Virus record (IMG/VR): IMGVR_UViG_3300028840_001916
DNA: 51,041 nucleotides
Strand: one strand, 5' to 3'
DNA from: a virus
Below, in pieces: positions 9,872 through 17,388 of this stretch. The notes under the pieces are model-generated. The model was not told where the DNA came from. It worked only from the letters and a program-made list of their open reading frames with translations, and did not search any database. A program made the position numbers and the translations under genes. The stretch's first letter is position 1. Every line of letters begins with the position of its first letter.

Positions 9872-10059
9872 GGCGAGGCATCCTTCCAGTCATCTGCTAG
9901 GAAATCTTCCTGTGACGGTACATACATCATCGGACGTAGCCCCTCATGGGCCGGGATATAGTTCAGCCCGTCCTCTGCAAGACGAATAGTACCATGTACT
10001 CTGGGCCGGTAAACTTGCCCACCTTCTTCTAGTATCTTGACTGCTTCGTGGAATCGCAT
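9853..10059 (-). CDS. DUF2829-like small protein (68 aa; the family that contains Thoeris anti-defence Tad2)
   Basis: MRFHEAVKILEEGGQVYR...VPSQEDFLADDWK matches the DUF2829 pattern M.F.EAl.alk.G..V.R ... ps..DlLAeDW. SD GAAGGAGGAG 8 nt before ATG 10057-10059. The longer 118-aa track ORF was trimmed. Confidence 0.55.
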   Translation of the reverse strand: MRFHEAVKILEEGGQVYRPRVHGTIRLAEDGLNYIPAHEGLRPMMYVPSQEDFLADDWKDASPCCQAL

Positions 10060-10259
10060 GGCAGTAGCTCCTCCTTCATGGTCTGAGGCAGGCCGTCGTA
10101 ATTGCGGCGGATCAGCTTGGACAGGGCGTTCCTGCCAAGGGACTGTATCCGGGCCGTGGCCTCCCAAGGTCCTATACCGTCTGAGTACATCAGGGCGGCG
10201 GCGGCCCACTTATGCAGGCACTCCAACGGTGCGTGCTTCACGCCTGGGATTTTCTGCAT
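10029..10259 (-). CDS. Small protein (76 aa), possible HTH DNA-binding
   Basis: SD GGAGGAG 6 nt before the second ATG (10257-10259). The ...ATARIQSLGRNALSKLIRRN segment looks HTH-like (weak). Confidence 0.45.
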   Translation of the reverse strand: MQKIPGVKHAPLECLHKWAAAALMYSDGIGPWEATARIQSLGRNALSKLIRRNYDGLPQTMKEELLPCDSTKQSRY

Positions 10260-10288
10260 CGGGTGCTCCTCCATTCAGTCTAGGTCGG

Positions 10289-10693
10289 CTAGTCGGGAAG
10301 GGCAAGGGCATCCAGCAGGGCCTCGACCGACGAGAGGACCTTCACCTCATCGTGAAAGTGGAAGACGTTTTCGGCCTCTCCTACTACCCATACTGGACGA
10401 CGTAAAGCCAGGCAGTAACCCAGCTCAACGTGCTTGCCGCCGCTCCAGCTCTTATCCGACGGGCCGGCCAGCAAGACTAGGCCGTCTACCGCCCGCTCCA
10501 GATCGTGCAAGTCGCGGTAGACGACAGCGTACTTCTCCTTCTGGGTGAGGGCTTGCCAGCCACGATCCCACTCTTCCGCTCGATCTACCCACTGACAGAT
10601 AGGCTGGTGGCCTGCCCGTAAGAGCTGGTCACGGACGGATTGGGCGTTCTCCCTGTTGTGGGAGGCCACGTACAGTTTCCTCGGCCTTAGCAT
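10289..10693 (-). CDS. Nucleoside 2-deoxyribosyltransferase (NDT)-like protein (134 aa)
   Basis: KLYVASH ... DGLVLLAG...SGGKHVELGYCLALRRPVWVV...ENVF resembles the NDT-family pattern (aD.vva...S.G...E.GyA.a.gkpv). TAATG overlap with the upstream gene. Confidence 0.5.
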   Translation of the reverse strand: MLRPRKLYVASHNRENAQSVRDQLLRAGHQPICQWVDRAEEWDRGWQALTQKEKYAVVYRDLHDLERAVDGLVLLAGPSDKSWSGGKHVELGYCLALRRPVWVVGEAENVFHFHDEVKVLSSVEALLDALALPD

Positions 10694-11058
10694 TACTTGT
10701 CCTCCTCGTTAAGGCCCCACTCCGCTATTTCCTCCTCCAGGTAACACATTGGCTCATCTAAGAGGGAGGGGTAATGCCCAAATTCCGTCCGGCAGCCAAG
10801 GAGGTCCCGTAGCCGCTGGTACTCGGCCTGCGTTATCTCTCGCACTACGATGTGTCGTGTGTAGACGCTTTGCCACGTTCCATCGTGCTCGTCCCCCTCC
10901 CAGCCTTCGTTCGTCCCGAAAAACCAATTAAACGGCAAAACTCCATACCGCTCCAGTAGCCCCGCTTCAGCCGCTTGCTCGGCGTCCGTGAACAGGCGGA
11001 TTCCCTCTACATCGAATTCGACTGCCCAGCACTTTGAGAAAACTTTCATGTATGGCAT
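10693..11058 (-). CDS. Hypothetical protein (121 aa)
   Basis: SD AAGGAG before ATG 11056-11058. First gene after TerL. Confidence 0.7.
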   Translation of the reverse strand: MPYMKVFSKCWAVEFDVEGIRLFTDAEQAAEAGLLERYGVLPFNWFFGTNEGWEGDEHDGTWQSVYTRHIVVREITQAEYQRLRDLLGCRTEFGHYPSLLDEPMCYLEEEIAEWGLNEEDK

Positions 11059-11074
11059 TATGCTTCTCCTTGTG

Positions 11075-12997
11075 TTAACAGAGTCCTCTTAGTAGCCGGC
11101 GACCGCCCAACGGACGGCCTCGGCCACTACGGCGGCTGTGTTTCTTCGCCTCACGTTCGGCCTGGCGTTGCAAACCGGCCATTGCTTCTGGCGTCAAGTC
11201 GGAGGCATTCAAGGCCCCCATGAGAGGTATCTTCGTCCCAGGGAAGTACCTCATGCCTTTGGCCAGCATGGACATCACATCCGGGGCCGTATCCGCCGGC
11301 CTTGAGAGGTAGTTCCCCCTCGGCTTCACCAAGTAGGTGAACATGGCTGCCACGTCAATGGCGTCATCGAAGGGCAGCATGGCCAAGTCTTCGGTGAAGT
11401 TATCCACCTGGTAGAACAGCTCAGACCAGGGGTGGTCGGCTTCCAGGTGCCGTGGTAGTTTGACGCGGAATTGCTCGAACCGCCAGGCCAAGGCGGTAGA
11501 GATGCGGCGTCCCTTATCCTTGTGGATGTCCTGCTTGTACTTGATTTCCTGGACGCGGGGCATCCATTGCTCTACTTGAGCCTGTTGGAGGAACTCCGAG
11601 TTTAAGCGTTCGAGCCACTCGATCTTGGCACCGTAGGACTCTACGCCTACCGTGCGGACACGCCACTTCAAGGCCAGCTCCCACGCCTTCTTAATGAAGT
11701 CTTGCGGGCGGCATCGCTCCAGCCACAGGTCCAGGAACCACAGGTTGTCGGTATACCAGGCTGACTTCGTTTCAAGCCCGACCACCATCCAACATGCAAA
11801 GTCCGAGTTGGGGCCTGGTTTCTTGATCGGGTCGCCCAGCAAGTAGCGGTGGAAGCCCTGCACTGTCTCGCCGAATTCCCTCTCGACTGGGACGATGGGG
11901 AGTTGATCTTCAGGGGTTGGCTCGCCCCGGACCCACGACAATAGCCTGGCCTTTGAGAGTAGTGGATTGGTGACCAGCTCCTCATCCGGCTTTGTCACGA
12001 CATATTGGGAGAAGTGTGGATGTATGGGTAGGATACGGTCCTGGTCTGAGCCGGGGTCGTTCATACATTGGGCGGCGTAGGCGGCCTTACCCAACGAATG
12101 CTTGAGGTAGCGTAAGCGTCGGCGGGAGAACTTCTCCTCCCAGAGGAGCTTGCCTCCCATCTCCAGTGGAAGGATGACCCTATTCCAGACGGAGTAGCGG
12201 GGCTCCTCATCTTCTGGGACGGTGGCCGCGTGATACAGTAGGGACCGCCTATTTAAGAGAGTGCCCCAGAGGTTGCCCATGCAGCCCTCGTCCAGCATCG
12301 GCATCAGGACGTTGTGGAGCAGCTCCCGCAGGTTCTCCGTCAGGATGGTAGGGGAGATTTTCATACGGGGGTCGAACTCAACGTCGTCGCATGTCCACTC
12401 GTTCGGGCGGTATCCCAGCAGGTGCCCAGTGACCACCCCACACTCCAAGACGGAGCCATTCGTCATTTCGAGTAAGGGGTAGCCCCGACCGCCCTTGCCT
12501 CGTGCCGGCACTAGCTCTCCGAAGTCCCTCTTAATGAGGTCGTTGTGTTCCAGTTGCCAACGGATGCGGTTGAAGTGCCTCTTGGAGAATGGGCCGATAG
12601 CCTTGATAGCGACCTTGGAGAAGCAGGGCCTAGTCAAGAGCATGAGGAGGTCCCACTCTCGGCCCAAGGTGGACTTGCCGAATGCCCTCGGGCAACCGAA
12701 GATGTTAAGGGGGTATTGGGCCAAGTCCCTGATGATCTGGTAGTGGGCCGGCGGACTGGGATGGTAGGGCGGCTTGTACCAGATACCCGGCCGTAGTGGT
12801 TCTAAGTAGAGGGCCTTGAACAACGCCCATGCGATAGACACGTCATCCGGGTTCTCCTGCACACATAGGGCATTCAGACGTGCCTCACTCTGCTGCTTAC
12901 GATTGAGCGAGTCGTAGTCCGGCGGCAGGGGGTAGAGAGGGTTCTCCTCCCGCTGGTGCCGGATGGGGTCCTGGATGAGCGGTGGGAGCCTGTCCAT
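11075..12997 (-). CDS. terL: Terminase large subunit (640 aa)
   Basis: Walker A in terminase context (FGCPRAFGKSTLG). Size and position upstream of the portal. Confidence 0.85.
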   Translation of the reverse strand: MDRLPPLIQDPIRHQREENPLYPLPPDYDSLNRKQQSEARLNALCVQENPDDVSIAWALFKALYLEPLRPGIWYKPPYHPSPPAHYQIIRDLAQYPLNIFGCPRAFGKSTLGREWDLLMLLTRPCFSKVAIKAIGPFSKRHFNRIRWQLEHNDLIKRDFGELVPARGKGGRGYPLLEMTNGSVLECGVVTGHLLGYRPNEWTCDDVEFDPRMKISPTILTENLRELLHNVLMPMLDEGCMGNLWGTLLNRRSLLYHAATVPEDEEPRYSVWNRVILPLEMGGKLLWEEKFSRRRLRYLKHSLGKAAYAAQCMNDPGSDQDRILPIHPHFSQYVVTKPDEELVTNPLLSKARLLSWVRGEPTPEDQLPIVPVEREFGETVQGFHRYLLGDPIKKPGPNSDFACWMVVGLETKSAWYTDNLWFLDLWLERCRPQDFIKKAWELALKWRVRTVGVESYGAKIEWLERLNSEFLQQAQVEQWMPRVQEIKYKQDIHKDKGRRISTALAWRFEQFRVKLPRHLEADHPWSELFYQVDNFTEDLAMLPFDDAIDVAAMFTYLVKPRGNYLSRPADTAPDVMSMLAKGMRYFPGTKIPLMGALNASDLTPEAMAGLQRQAEREAKKHSRRSGRGRPLGGRRLLRGLC

Positions 12998-13012
12998 CTA
13001 CTACTTACCTTA

Positions 13013-13855
13013 TTATGCCTCCTCGAACTCTGCATCAATGTGGTCGTCGTCCATGAACTCGTCATCGAGGCCGTCCAGTAGGCAGGGCTCGTCCTGGACT
13101 TCTGCTGGGGGCTGGGCCAAGGGCAAGTCCAAGGAAGTGAAGGCCGATGAGAAGACGGACCAGGCCCACATGACGCAGATGACCTCCAACGCCCGTGCCG
13201 AGGACCAGTTCGGATGCACCTCCAGCAAGTACGAGACCGTACTCTTCACCAGCTTGGCGTTGGTGCAGCCGGCCTCGTGTACGTCCATCATGCCCTTCAG
13301 GAGGTCCGGGGGCATGTCCTCCGGCCGAATCCGGGCAATGGCGGAGAGGCTACGACGGAAGAGACCCCCACGGATCACTGGATTCAAAAGTATCCGTTGG
13401 TACTCCGTCTGAAAATCCCCCGGAACCTTGACAGGGGCCGCAGAGACCGCCACCGAGGGGCGGCCTTGTGGGGGGTCTCCGGCCATAGATGGGCTTGCGG
13501 CTCCGGCGGCCGCTTTCCTCTGCTTCTTCTGGGCTAGCTTCTGCTTCTGGGGTGGTGTCTTGGTCATCTTCTGCTCCTGTGCTTCTCGTAAGAGGGTCTT
13601 CTTGTTCTTCGAGCCTTTGGGGCGGCCTCTCTTCTTCCGCTTCGGCTTCTCGGCCTGCTCCAGGGCGGCCTTGTAGTCGATAGTCGGCGGGGGGTCCGGC
13701 CTGGGCGGGTTGGGGTGGCGAGCAGGGTCCCACTTCGTCGCTGGAGGCGGGTCCACGTCCGCCGTGTCCCGTGCTCGCTGGTTCTTCTTCCACCGGATTT
13801 TGCCCGAGCGGCTGGCTAGTTCGTCCGGGGTCGGGTCCTCGCTGAAGTTCGGCAT
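13013..13855 (-). CDS. Basic AT-hook protein with acidic C-terminus (280 aa). Small-terminase or packaging-DNA-binding candidate.
   Basis: SD GAAGGAG 7 nt before ATG 13853-13855. KRKKRGRPKGSKNKK AT-hook. High third-position G/C (23/29 in my hand sample). Immediately upstream of terL. Confidence 0.7.
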   Translation of the reverse strand: MPNFSEDPTPDELASRSGKIRWKKNQRARDTADVDPPPATKWDPARHPNPPRPDPPPTIDYKAALEQAEKPKRKKRGRPKGSKNKKTLLREAQEQKMTKTPPQKQKLAQKKQRKAAAGAASPSMAGDPPQGRPSVAVSAAPVKVPGDFQTEYQRILLNPVIRGGLFRRSLSAIARIRPEDMPPDLLKGMMDVHEAGCTNAKLVKSTVSYLLEVHPNWSSARALEVICVMWAWSVFSSAFTSLDLPLAQPPAEVQDEPCLLDGLDDEFMDDDHIDAEFEEA

Positions 13856-14336
13856 CTGTCTTCTCCTTCGGGGATGGTAAGAGGCCGGATTGGTTTACCT
13901 GCATCTGTGGCAGGGATTGACGGAGTGAGTCTGAGACACGGCTACCAAGACCAGTGAGCCGAGATCGGTACTCGGTGGCCAGCAGGCGTTCCCCGCTGGC
14001 ATCCCGCTCTAAGGTGGCCTCGCCGGTCTGGATATACCCGCCTAAGACGGCGGATTCATGGACACGCTTGCGTAAGCACTCAATGGCAGCCAGGGCAATA
14101 GCCGGATGCTGGGACTGGCGGGCCAGGGCCGCAAGCCTGTCCGTCTCATCCTGGACTGTCCACTTCGACTTAATGAGGGCCTTGCCATAGGAGTGCGGGT
14201 GGAAGAAGCCAAGGATGGTTTCCGCCGTCACTTCCTCTGGGGGCTCCGCCGGCCTGAGTTCTATGGCCTGCCGTCCAGAGTCGTGCTGGCGGCGTTGGAG
14301 AGGCTTACGTAGGGGTGGGCGTCCTCGCTTAGGCAT
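13350..14336 (-). CDS. AT-hook protein (MPKRGRPPLRKP...). The last ~170 codons run out of frame through the next gene.
   Basis: ATGCCTAA start/stop overlap with the upstream gene. N-terminal ~160 codons are protein-like with good GC3. The 3' extension 13350-13855 has poor GC3 (12/29) and Glu-rich low complexity. Confidence 0.55.
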   Translation of the reverse strand: MPKRGRPPLRKPLQRRQHDSGRQAIELRPAEPPEEVTAETILGFFHPHSYGKALIKSKWTVQDETDRLAALARQSQHPAIALAAIECLRKRVHESAVLGGYIQTGEATLERDASGERLLATEYRSRLTGLGSRVSDSLRQSLPQMQVNQSGLLPSPKEKTDAELQRGPDPGRTSQPLGQNPVEEEPASTGHGGRGPASSDEVGPCSPPQPAQAGPPADYRLQGRPGAGREAEAEEERPPQRLEEQEDPLTRSTGAEDDQDTTPEAEASPEEAEESGRRSRKPIYGRRPPTRPPLGGGLCGPCQGSGGFSDGVPTDTFESSDPWGSLPS

Positions 14337-14748
14337 TGGTGGTGGCCTTTGGCTTCTGCTGGAGGACCTTGCGTGCAATAGCTCGACCTAGCTGTTCCAG
14401 TCGTGCCGAGAGGAGCTTGGCGTCCGCCGTCTCGTACAGGCAGCCGGCCATGACGACCATAGCCTCCTTCTCCAATGGAGAGAGGTCGGCACGGATGTCC
14501 TCCGGCATGAGAGCATGGAAAAGTGCCAGCTCCAGGGCAGCCAAGGAGAAGAACTCCCGCTTGGTGTTGTCTTCCTCCAGCTTGAAGATAGGGATGTGGA
14601 AGGTGCCGAGGATTTTCTTCACCTTCTCCTCCGTAAGGTGCAACTCGTCCGCCAGGCTGTAGATGGACCGAAGGCGGAGAGCCGGCCCCAGGACGTGCTC
14701 GTCCGGGTAGGGCTGCAAGAACTTCGTCAGGTTGCTGTTGTCAGGCAT
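14329..14748 (-). CDS. Excisionase/MerR-type HTH-like DNA-binding protein (139 aa). First gene of the packaging/morphogenesis unit.
   Basis: CTAAGTTGGAG SD before ATG 14746-14748. IYSLADELHLTEEKVKKILGTFHIPIFKL resembles HTH_17-type helices. The track ORF start at 14826 lies on the predicted promoter and was trimmed. Confidence 0.6.
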   Translation of the reverse strand: MPDNSNLTKFLQPYPDEHVLGPALRLRSIYSLADELHLTEEKVKKILGTFHIPIFKLEEDNTKREFFSLAALELALFHALMPEDIRADLSPLEKEAMVVMAGCLYETADAKLLSARLEQLGRAIARKVLQQKPKATTNA

Positions 14749-14786
14749 GTGGCAGCTCCAACTTAGCAGGTGGCGGTAAACTGCCA

Positions 14787-14814
14787 ATTCTATACCGGCG
14801 GGAATAAAAGTCAA
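14787..14814 (-). promoter_or_regulatory. Sigma70-like promoter: TTGACT - 16 nt - TAGAAT
   Basis: Read on the - strand: -35 at 14809-14814, -10 at 14787-14792, about 40 nt upstream of ATG 14748. Confidence 0.5.
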
Positions 14815-14933
14815 CGGCATCCTCATAAAATAATCCGCCAGCCCGGAAGTGTGAAATGGACTTCCAGGTCGCCTACCTCTACCGGCGAAGCGTTATCGGA
14901 CGCGACTGGGCACGTTTTGAAGTTCGGACTTTC

Positions 14934-14962
14934 GCATCTGCAAGTCGCCTGCGTAAGTGCCG
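14934..14962 (+). repeat. Copy 1 of the GCATCTGC...CGTAAGTGCCG element (10-nt insertion relative to copy 2)
   Basis: GCATCTGC (14934-14941) + AAGTCGCCTG + CGTAAGTGCCG (14952-14962). Confidence 0.6.
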
Positions 14963-15068
14963 GCGGGGCAACGAGTTACATCGCAAAGCCAGGCTTCAAA
15001 AAGTAGAAGCGTGGCTGTAAATCGGCCGTGGCGGGGTCAAAAACGCCGACGTTTCGGCTGAAAACTTG

Positions 15069-15087
15069 GCATCTGCCGTAAGTGCCG
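15069..15087 (+). repeat. Copy 2 of the GCATCTGCCGTAAGTGCCG element
   Basis: 19-nt string sharing both halves with 14934-14962. Contains the reverse complement of the ACTTACG core. Confidence 0.6.
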
Positions 15088-15114
15088 CTGCGACGGCGAC
15101 TTATGACAGCCTCG

Positions 15115-15264
15115 CCAGAGGGGGGTGGGTGTGTGTCCGCCGGGGTGTAGATAGTTAAGGTACCTGTACTCCTGGTAGACTCCTGTATATGAAAATAAAT
15201 ATACTTACCTAACCATAAAGGGGTAGTTATCGGACGGGAGGTACACACCCCCCTCCCCCTGGAG
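15115..15264. promoter_or_regulatory. Long imperfect inverted repeat (G-run/C-run arms) bracketing an AT-rich core. Candidate origin, pac site or structured-RNA element.
   Basis: CCAGAGGGGGGTGGGTGTGTGTCC (15115-15138) versus GGTACACACCCCCCTCCCCCTGG (15240-15262), about 20 bp with 2-3 mismatches. AT-rich centre at 15186-15220. ACTCCTG at 15168 and 15179. Confidence 0.4.
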
Positions 15265-15292
15265 GCCCTCTCATAAATGCCTGTCCTTGCGG

Positions 15293-15301
15293 GACTTACG
15301 G
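15293..15301 (+). repeat. GACTTACGG 9-mer, copy 1 of 3 exact
   Basis: Exact string in non-coding DNA. Confidence 0.6.
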
Positions 15302-15418
15302 AGGATGGGTATAAGTGGGCGAAAAACACCCCCCTGAAGGGGTCGAAAAGGGCGATTTTCACTCACACTTCTACTTATTCGAGTATGGCTGCACGGCTGT
15401 AAGGGCGGGCCGCAGCAC

Positions 15419-15427
15419 GACTTACGG
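15419..15427 (+). repeat. GACTTACGG 9-mer, copy 2 of 3 exact
   Basis: Exact string in non-coding DNA. Confidence 0.6.
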
Positions 15428-15622
15428 GTGTTACATAGGCGGATATACGGATGTGGTTGAGAAGCAGTGGGGGTTAAAGTGAGAATTTTTGGTAGAAATC
15501 TACCCTTTCCTCACATTTTGGGGCCTCTCTAGGGGGCCAGTGGGGTCTTCCACTTAGTGGACATGGGCATGTCTTAAGGTATGGGGTGGGGTATCTCCGG
15601 CTTCTATGTCCGGGCGTAAAAG

Positions 15623-15655
15623 AACCCCGCGCCGGCTGGCAACCGACACGGGGTT
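15623..15655 (-). terminator. Intrinsic terminator candidate closing the upstream leftward unit
   Basis: AACCCCG/CGGGGTT 7-bp stem (15623-15629 / 15649-15655) followed on the - transcript by CUUUUAC. Lies 60 nt after the stop at 15716. Confidence 0.45.
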
Positions 15656-15664
15656 TGAGGCTCC

Positions 15665-15686
15665 GACTGCCCTACGCCGGGCAGTC
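15665..15686 (-). terminator. Perfect 8-bp hairpin (GACTGCCC-TACGCC-GGGCAGTC), tandem with the terminator
   Basis: Stem arms 15665-15672 and 15679-15686. Lies 30 nt after the stop of the 113-aa gene. Confidence 0.35.
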
Positions 15687-15715
15687 CACTCACAAGAAGG
15701 CGACAAGCGATTGTA

Positions 15716-16057
15716 TCACTTCTGCTTACTGCCTAGATAGACGCCGCACCGGGCGGCTACTTCTTCAATGTGTTGTAACTGATCTCCGCCAAGCCCTACT
15801 GCCCGACACCATTTCAAGACTGCGAGCAATTCGCTATGTGCGGCCTGTGCGTCCGTTACGGCCGTCTGGGCGTTCTCCAGCGCCCTACGGGCCCTATCGG
15901 GGTTGCAGACCTTGAGACTACAGGCATACGTCCATAGTCGAAATATGGCGGCCCGATACGTACCTTCAGCCGCATCCGCCCGATATATTGCTTTCGATCC
16001 ATGTTGCTCACGTAGGTGCTTGCATTCCGCCAATTGCTCTAACGTTCCGGTCGGCAT
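15716..16057 (-). CDS. Hypothetical protein (113 aa)
   Basis: SD AAGGAGGTGA 6 nt before ATG 16055-16057. Confidence 0.75.
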   Translation of the reverse strand: MPTGTLEQLAECKHLREQHGSKAIYRADAAEGTYRAAIFRLWTYACSLKVCNPDRARRALENAQTAVTDAQAAHSELLAVLKWCRAVGLGGDQLQHIEEVAARCGVYLGSKQK

Positions 16058-16074
16058 GGGTCGTCACCTCCTTC

Positions 16075-16593
16075 TTATTCGACCGGAACGAACCGTCCCT
16101 CAGCCTCAACATACACCATCATATGTCCCCCGATGGACTTGATCGTGCCATCGGCCAATGTGCCACCAGTTGCGGTCGGCTGGGGGATTGCCTTACCCCT
16201 AACAGGCTGTGCGGTCGGCAACGGCAACGGAGCGGCGGACTTCGGCTGGGTTGCCGTATCGGCCTGAACTTCCTCAGGGGTGGCCAGCCTATAGCAAAAT
16301 AAGGACAACCGCATGTTGTGCGGGCCTGTCACTGCACCGTTGGCCAACGTCGCATTCGGGTGTTTCGGCTTGCCGAACCGGTCCGCTTGCAAGCTGCCAT
16401 CCGGACTCGGCCGACTATTATCGGTTAACCCAAAAGACTTCGCTTGCTGGACCACTAGCACGAGCGACCCATCGGCAGTGTACCCCGCTCGCAAGCCTGT
16501 AGCTTTCGCCAGTACCCTACCGTAGGGGTCCGCTGTGCCCGGTTGAACGGGCGTGAACTCCAGAACGTCCGTACTGCTCTGTTTCTTTGACAT
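16075..16593 (-). CDS. Hypothetical protein (172 aa)
   Basis: SD AAGGATAAGGTG before ATG 16591-16593. First gene after the promoter at 16672-16700. Confidence 0.75.
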   Translation of the reverse strand: MSKKQSSTDVLEFTPVQPGTADPYGRVLAKATGLRAGYTADGSLVLVVQQAKSFGLTDNSRPSPDGSLQADRFGKPKHPNATLANGAVTGPHNMRLSLFCYRLATPEEVQADTATQPKSAAPLPLPTAQPVRGKAIPQPTATGGTLADGTIKSIGGHMMVYVEAEGRFVPVE

Positions 16594-16671
16594 GTTAGCA
16601 CCTTATCCTTATCTGTGCTTGTCGCCTCTGCACTTGTGAAAGAGCAAGCCAGGCCATCGCCCGACATCCAC

Positions 16672-16700
16672 AGCATACCCCACACGGGGCGGAAAATCAA
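16672..16700 (-). promoter_or_regulatory. Sigma70-like promoter: TTGATT - 17 nt - TATGCT
   Basis: Read on the - strand: -35 at 16695-16700, -10 at 16672-16677. Same -10 hexamer and spacer length as the rightward promoter at 26186-26214. Confidence 0.5.
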
Positions 16701-16741
16701 GATCGTTAACCGCCCTAAATGCTAAGCCCTTGCCGCCACGT

Positions 16742-16750
16742 GACTTACGG
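16742..16750 (+). repeat. GACTTACGG 9-mer, copy 3 of 3 exact
   Basis: Exact string about 42 nt upstream of the -35 of the 16672-16700 promoter. Confidence 0.6.
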
Positions 16751-16864
16751 CACCAGTCGGTCCCGATTTTTTTTCTCCGCCTTGTCGTACCCTCATTTTG
16801 GACACTCCCGCTTCAATTCTTATCCTACTACAAGGGCCGGGGCTCCACAAATTCACACTGCCAC

Positions 16865-17233
16865 TTACACTTCGAGAGCGACCTTCTGGAGCTGCTCCAG
16901 GACTGACCTTGCCCCACCACGGCCCAAATACTGTACCAAGGCGGACGCTCCTGCCGTGCCCAAGTACCGGGCCAAGTCCTCCTTGAGTGCCCACTCCCCC
17001 CCAAATGGATGCTGCCCTAATAGAAACCTCGACATACTCGCTAGTGCTGCTGCCTTCACGGGAGAATAATTCTGCGACCTTTCCCCTTTAAAAGTACCCC
17101 ACCTGGCGTCGGTCACTTCCAGTTGATACGGAGACGAGCAGCCATCACAGACCGAATCAGGTTGATACGTCACCTCCGCCACAAACTCCCCATAATCCTG
17201 ACTCTTAACGTGGATTCTCAAGATCGTGCTCAT
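16865..17233 (-). CDS. Hypothetical protein (122 aa)
   Basis: ATGA start/stop overlap with the upstream gene. Confidence 0.7.
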   Translation of the reverse strand: MSTILRIHVKSQDYGEFVAEVTYQPDSVCDGCSSPYQLEVTDARWGTFKGERSQNYSPVKAAALASMSRFLLGQHPFGGEWALKEDLARYLGTAGASALVQYLGRGGARSVLEQLQKVALEV

Positions 17234-17388
17234 ACCTTACGCTCCTTCTTGGGTTTGGACAAATACTTGCTATCGACGAACGACCATTGCATCCCACACG
17301 CCCGGCATCTCCAGTGCGAGCGTGCTCCCAGCTTCCCCAGCAACACACCCTTCCCAGGACACATCGGACACCTACTCATCCTGGCCAT
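17230..17388 (-). CDS. Zinc-ribbon protein (52 aa; CPMC...CRAC)
   Basis: SD AGGAGGGG 5 nt before ATG 17386-17388. Two CxxC pairs. The TTG-start extension in the track was trimmed. Confidence 0.6.
   Translation of the reverse strand: MARMSRCPMCPGKGVLLGKLGARSHWRCRACGMQWSFVDSKYLSKPKKERKV

Noticed and set aside
14749-14826. N-terminal extensions of track ORFs: 14826, 26214, 27415, 32776, 19765, 22715, 24118, 10209, 10274, 37803, 40125, 40445, 40695, 47036 and 17430.
   Set aside because: In each case an internal ATG with a well-spaced SD and/or a start-stop overlap with the upstream gene gives a cleaner model. Several extensions cover predicted promoters or the preceding gene.
14976-15362. 128-aa - strand ORF inside the non-coding hub.
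   Set aside because: The translation is not protein-like. It spans the inverted repeat and the AT-rich core and has no convincing SD. I treat the region as non-coding or regulatory.
15115-15715. tRNA, retron msr/msd, CRISPR-repeat or DGR template interpretations of the structured non-coding region.
   Set aside because: There is no T-loop (GGTTCGAAT-like) or cloverleaf and no reverse transcriptase gene. I saw no regularly spaced 25-40-nt repeats and no variable/template repeat pair.
15586-15915. 109-aa + strand ORF.
   Set aside because: It runs across the two terminator hairpins and antisense into the 113-aa gene. It has no RBS and an Arg-rich shadow composition.
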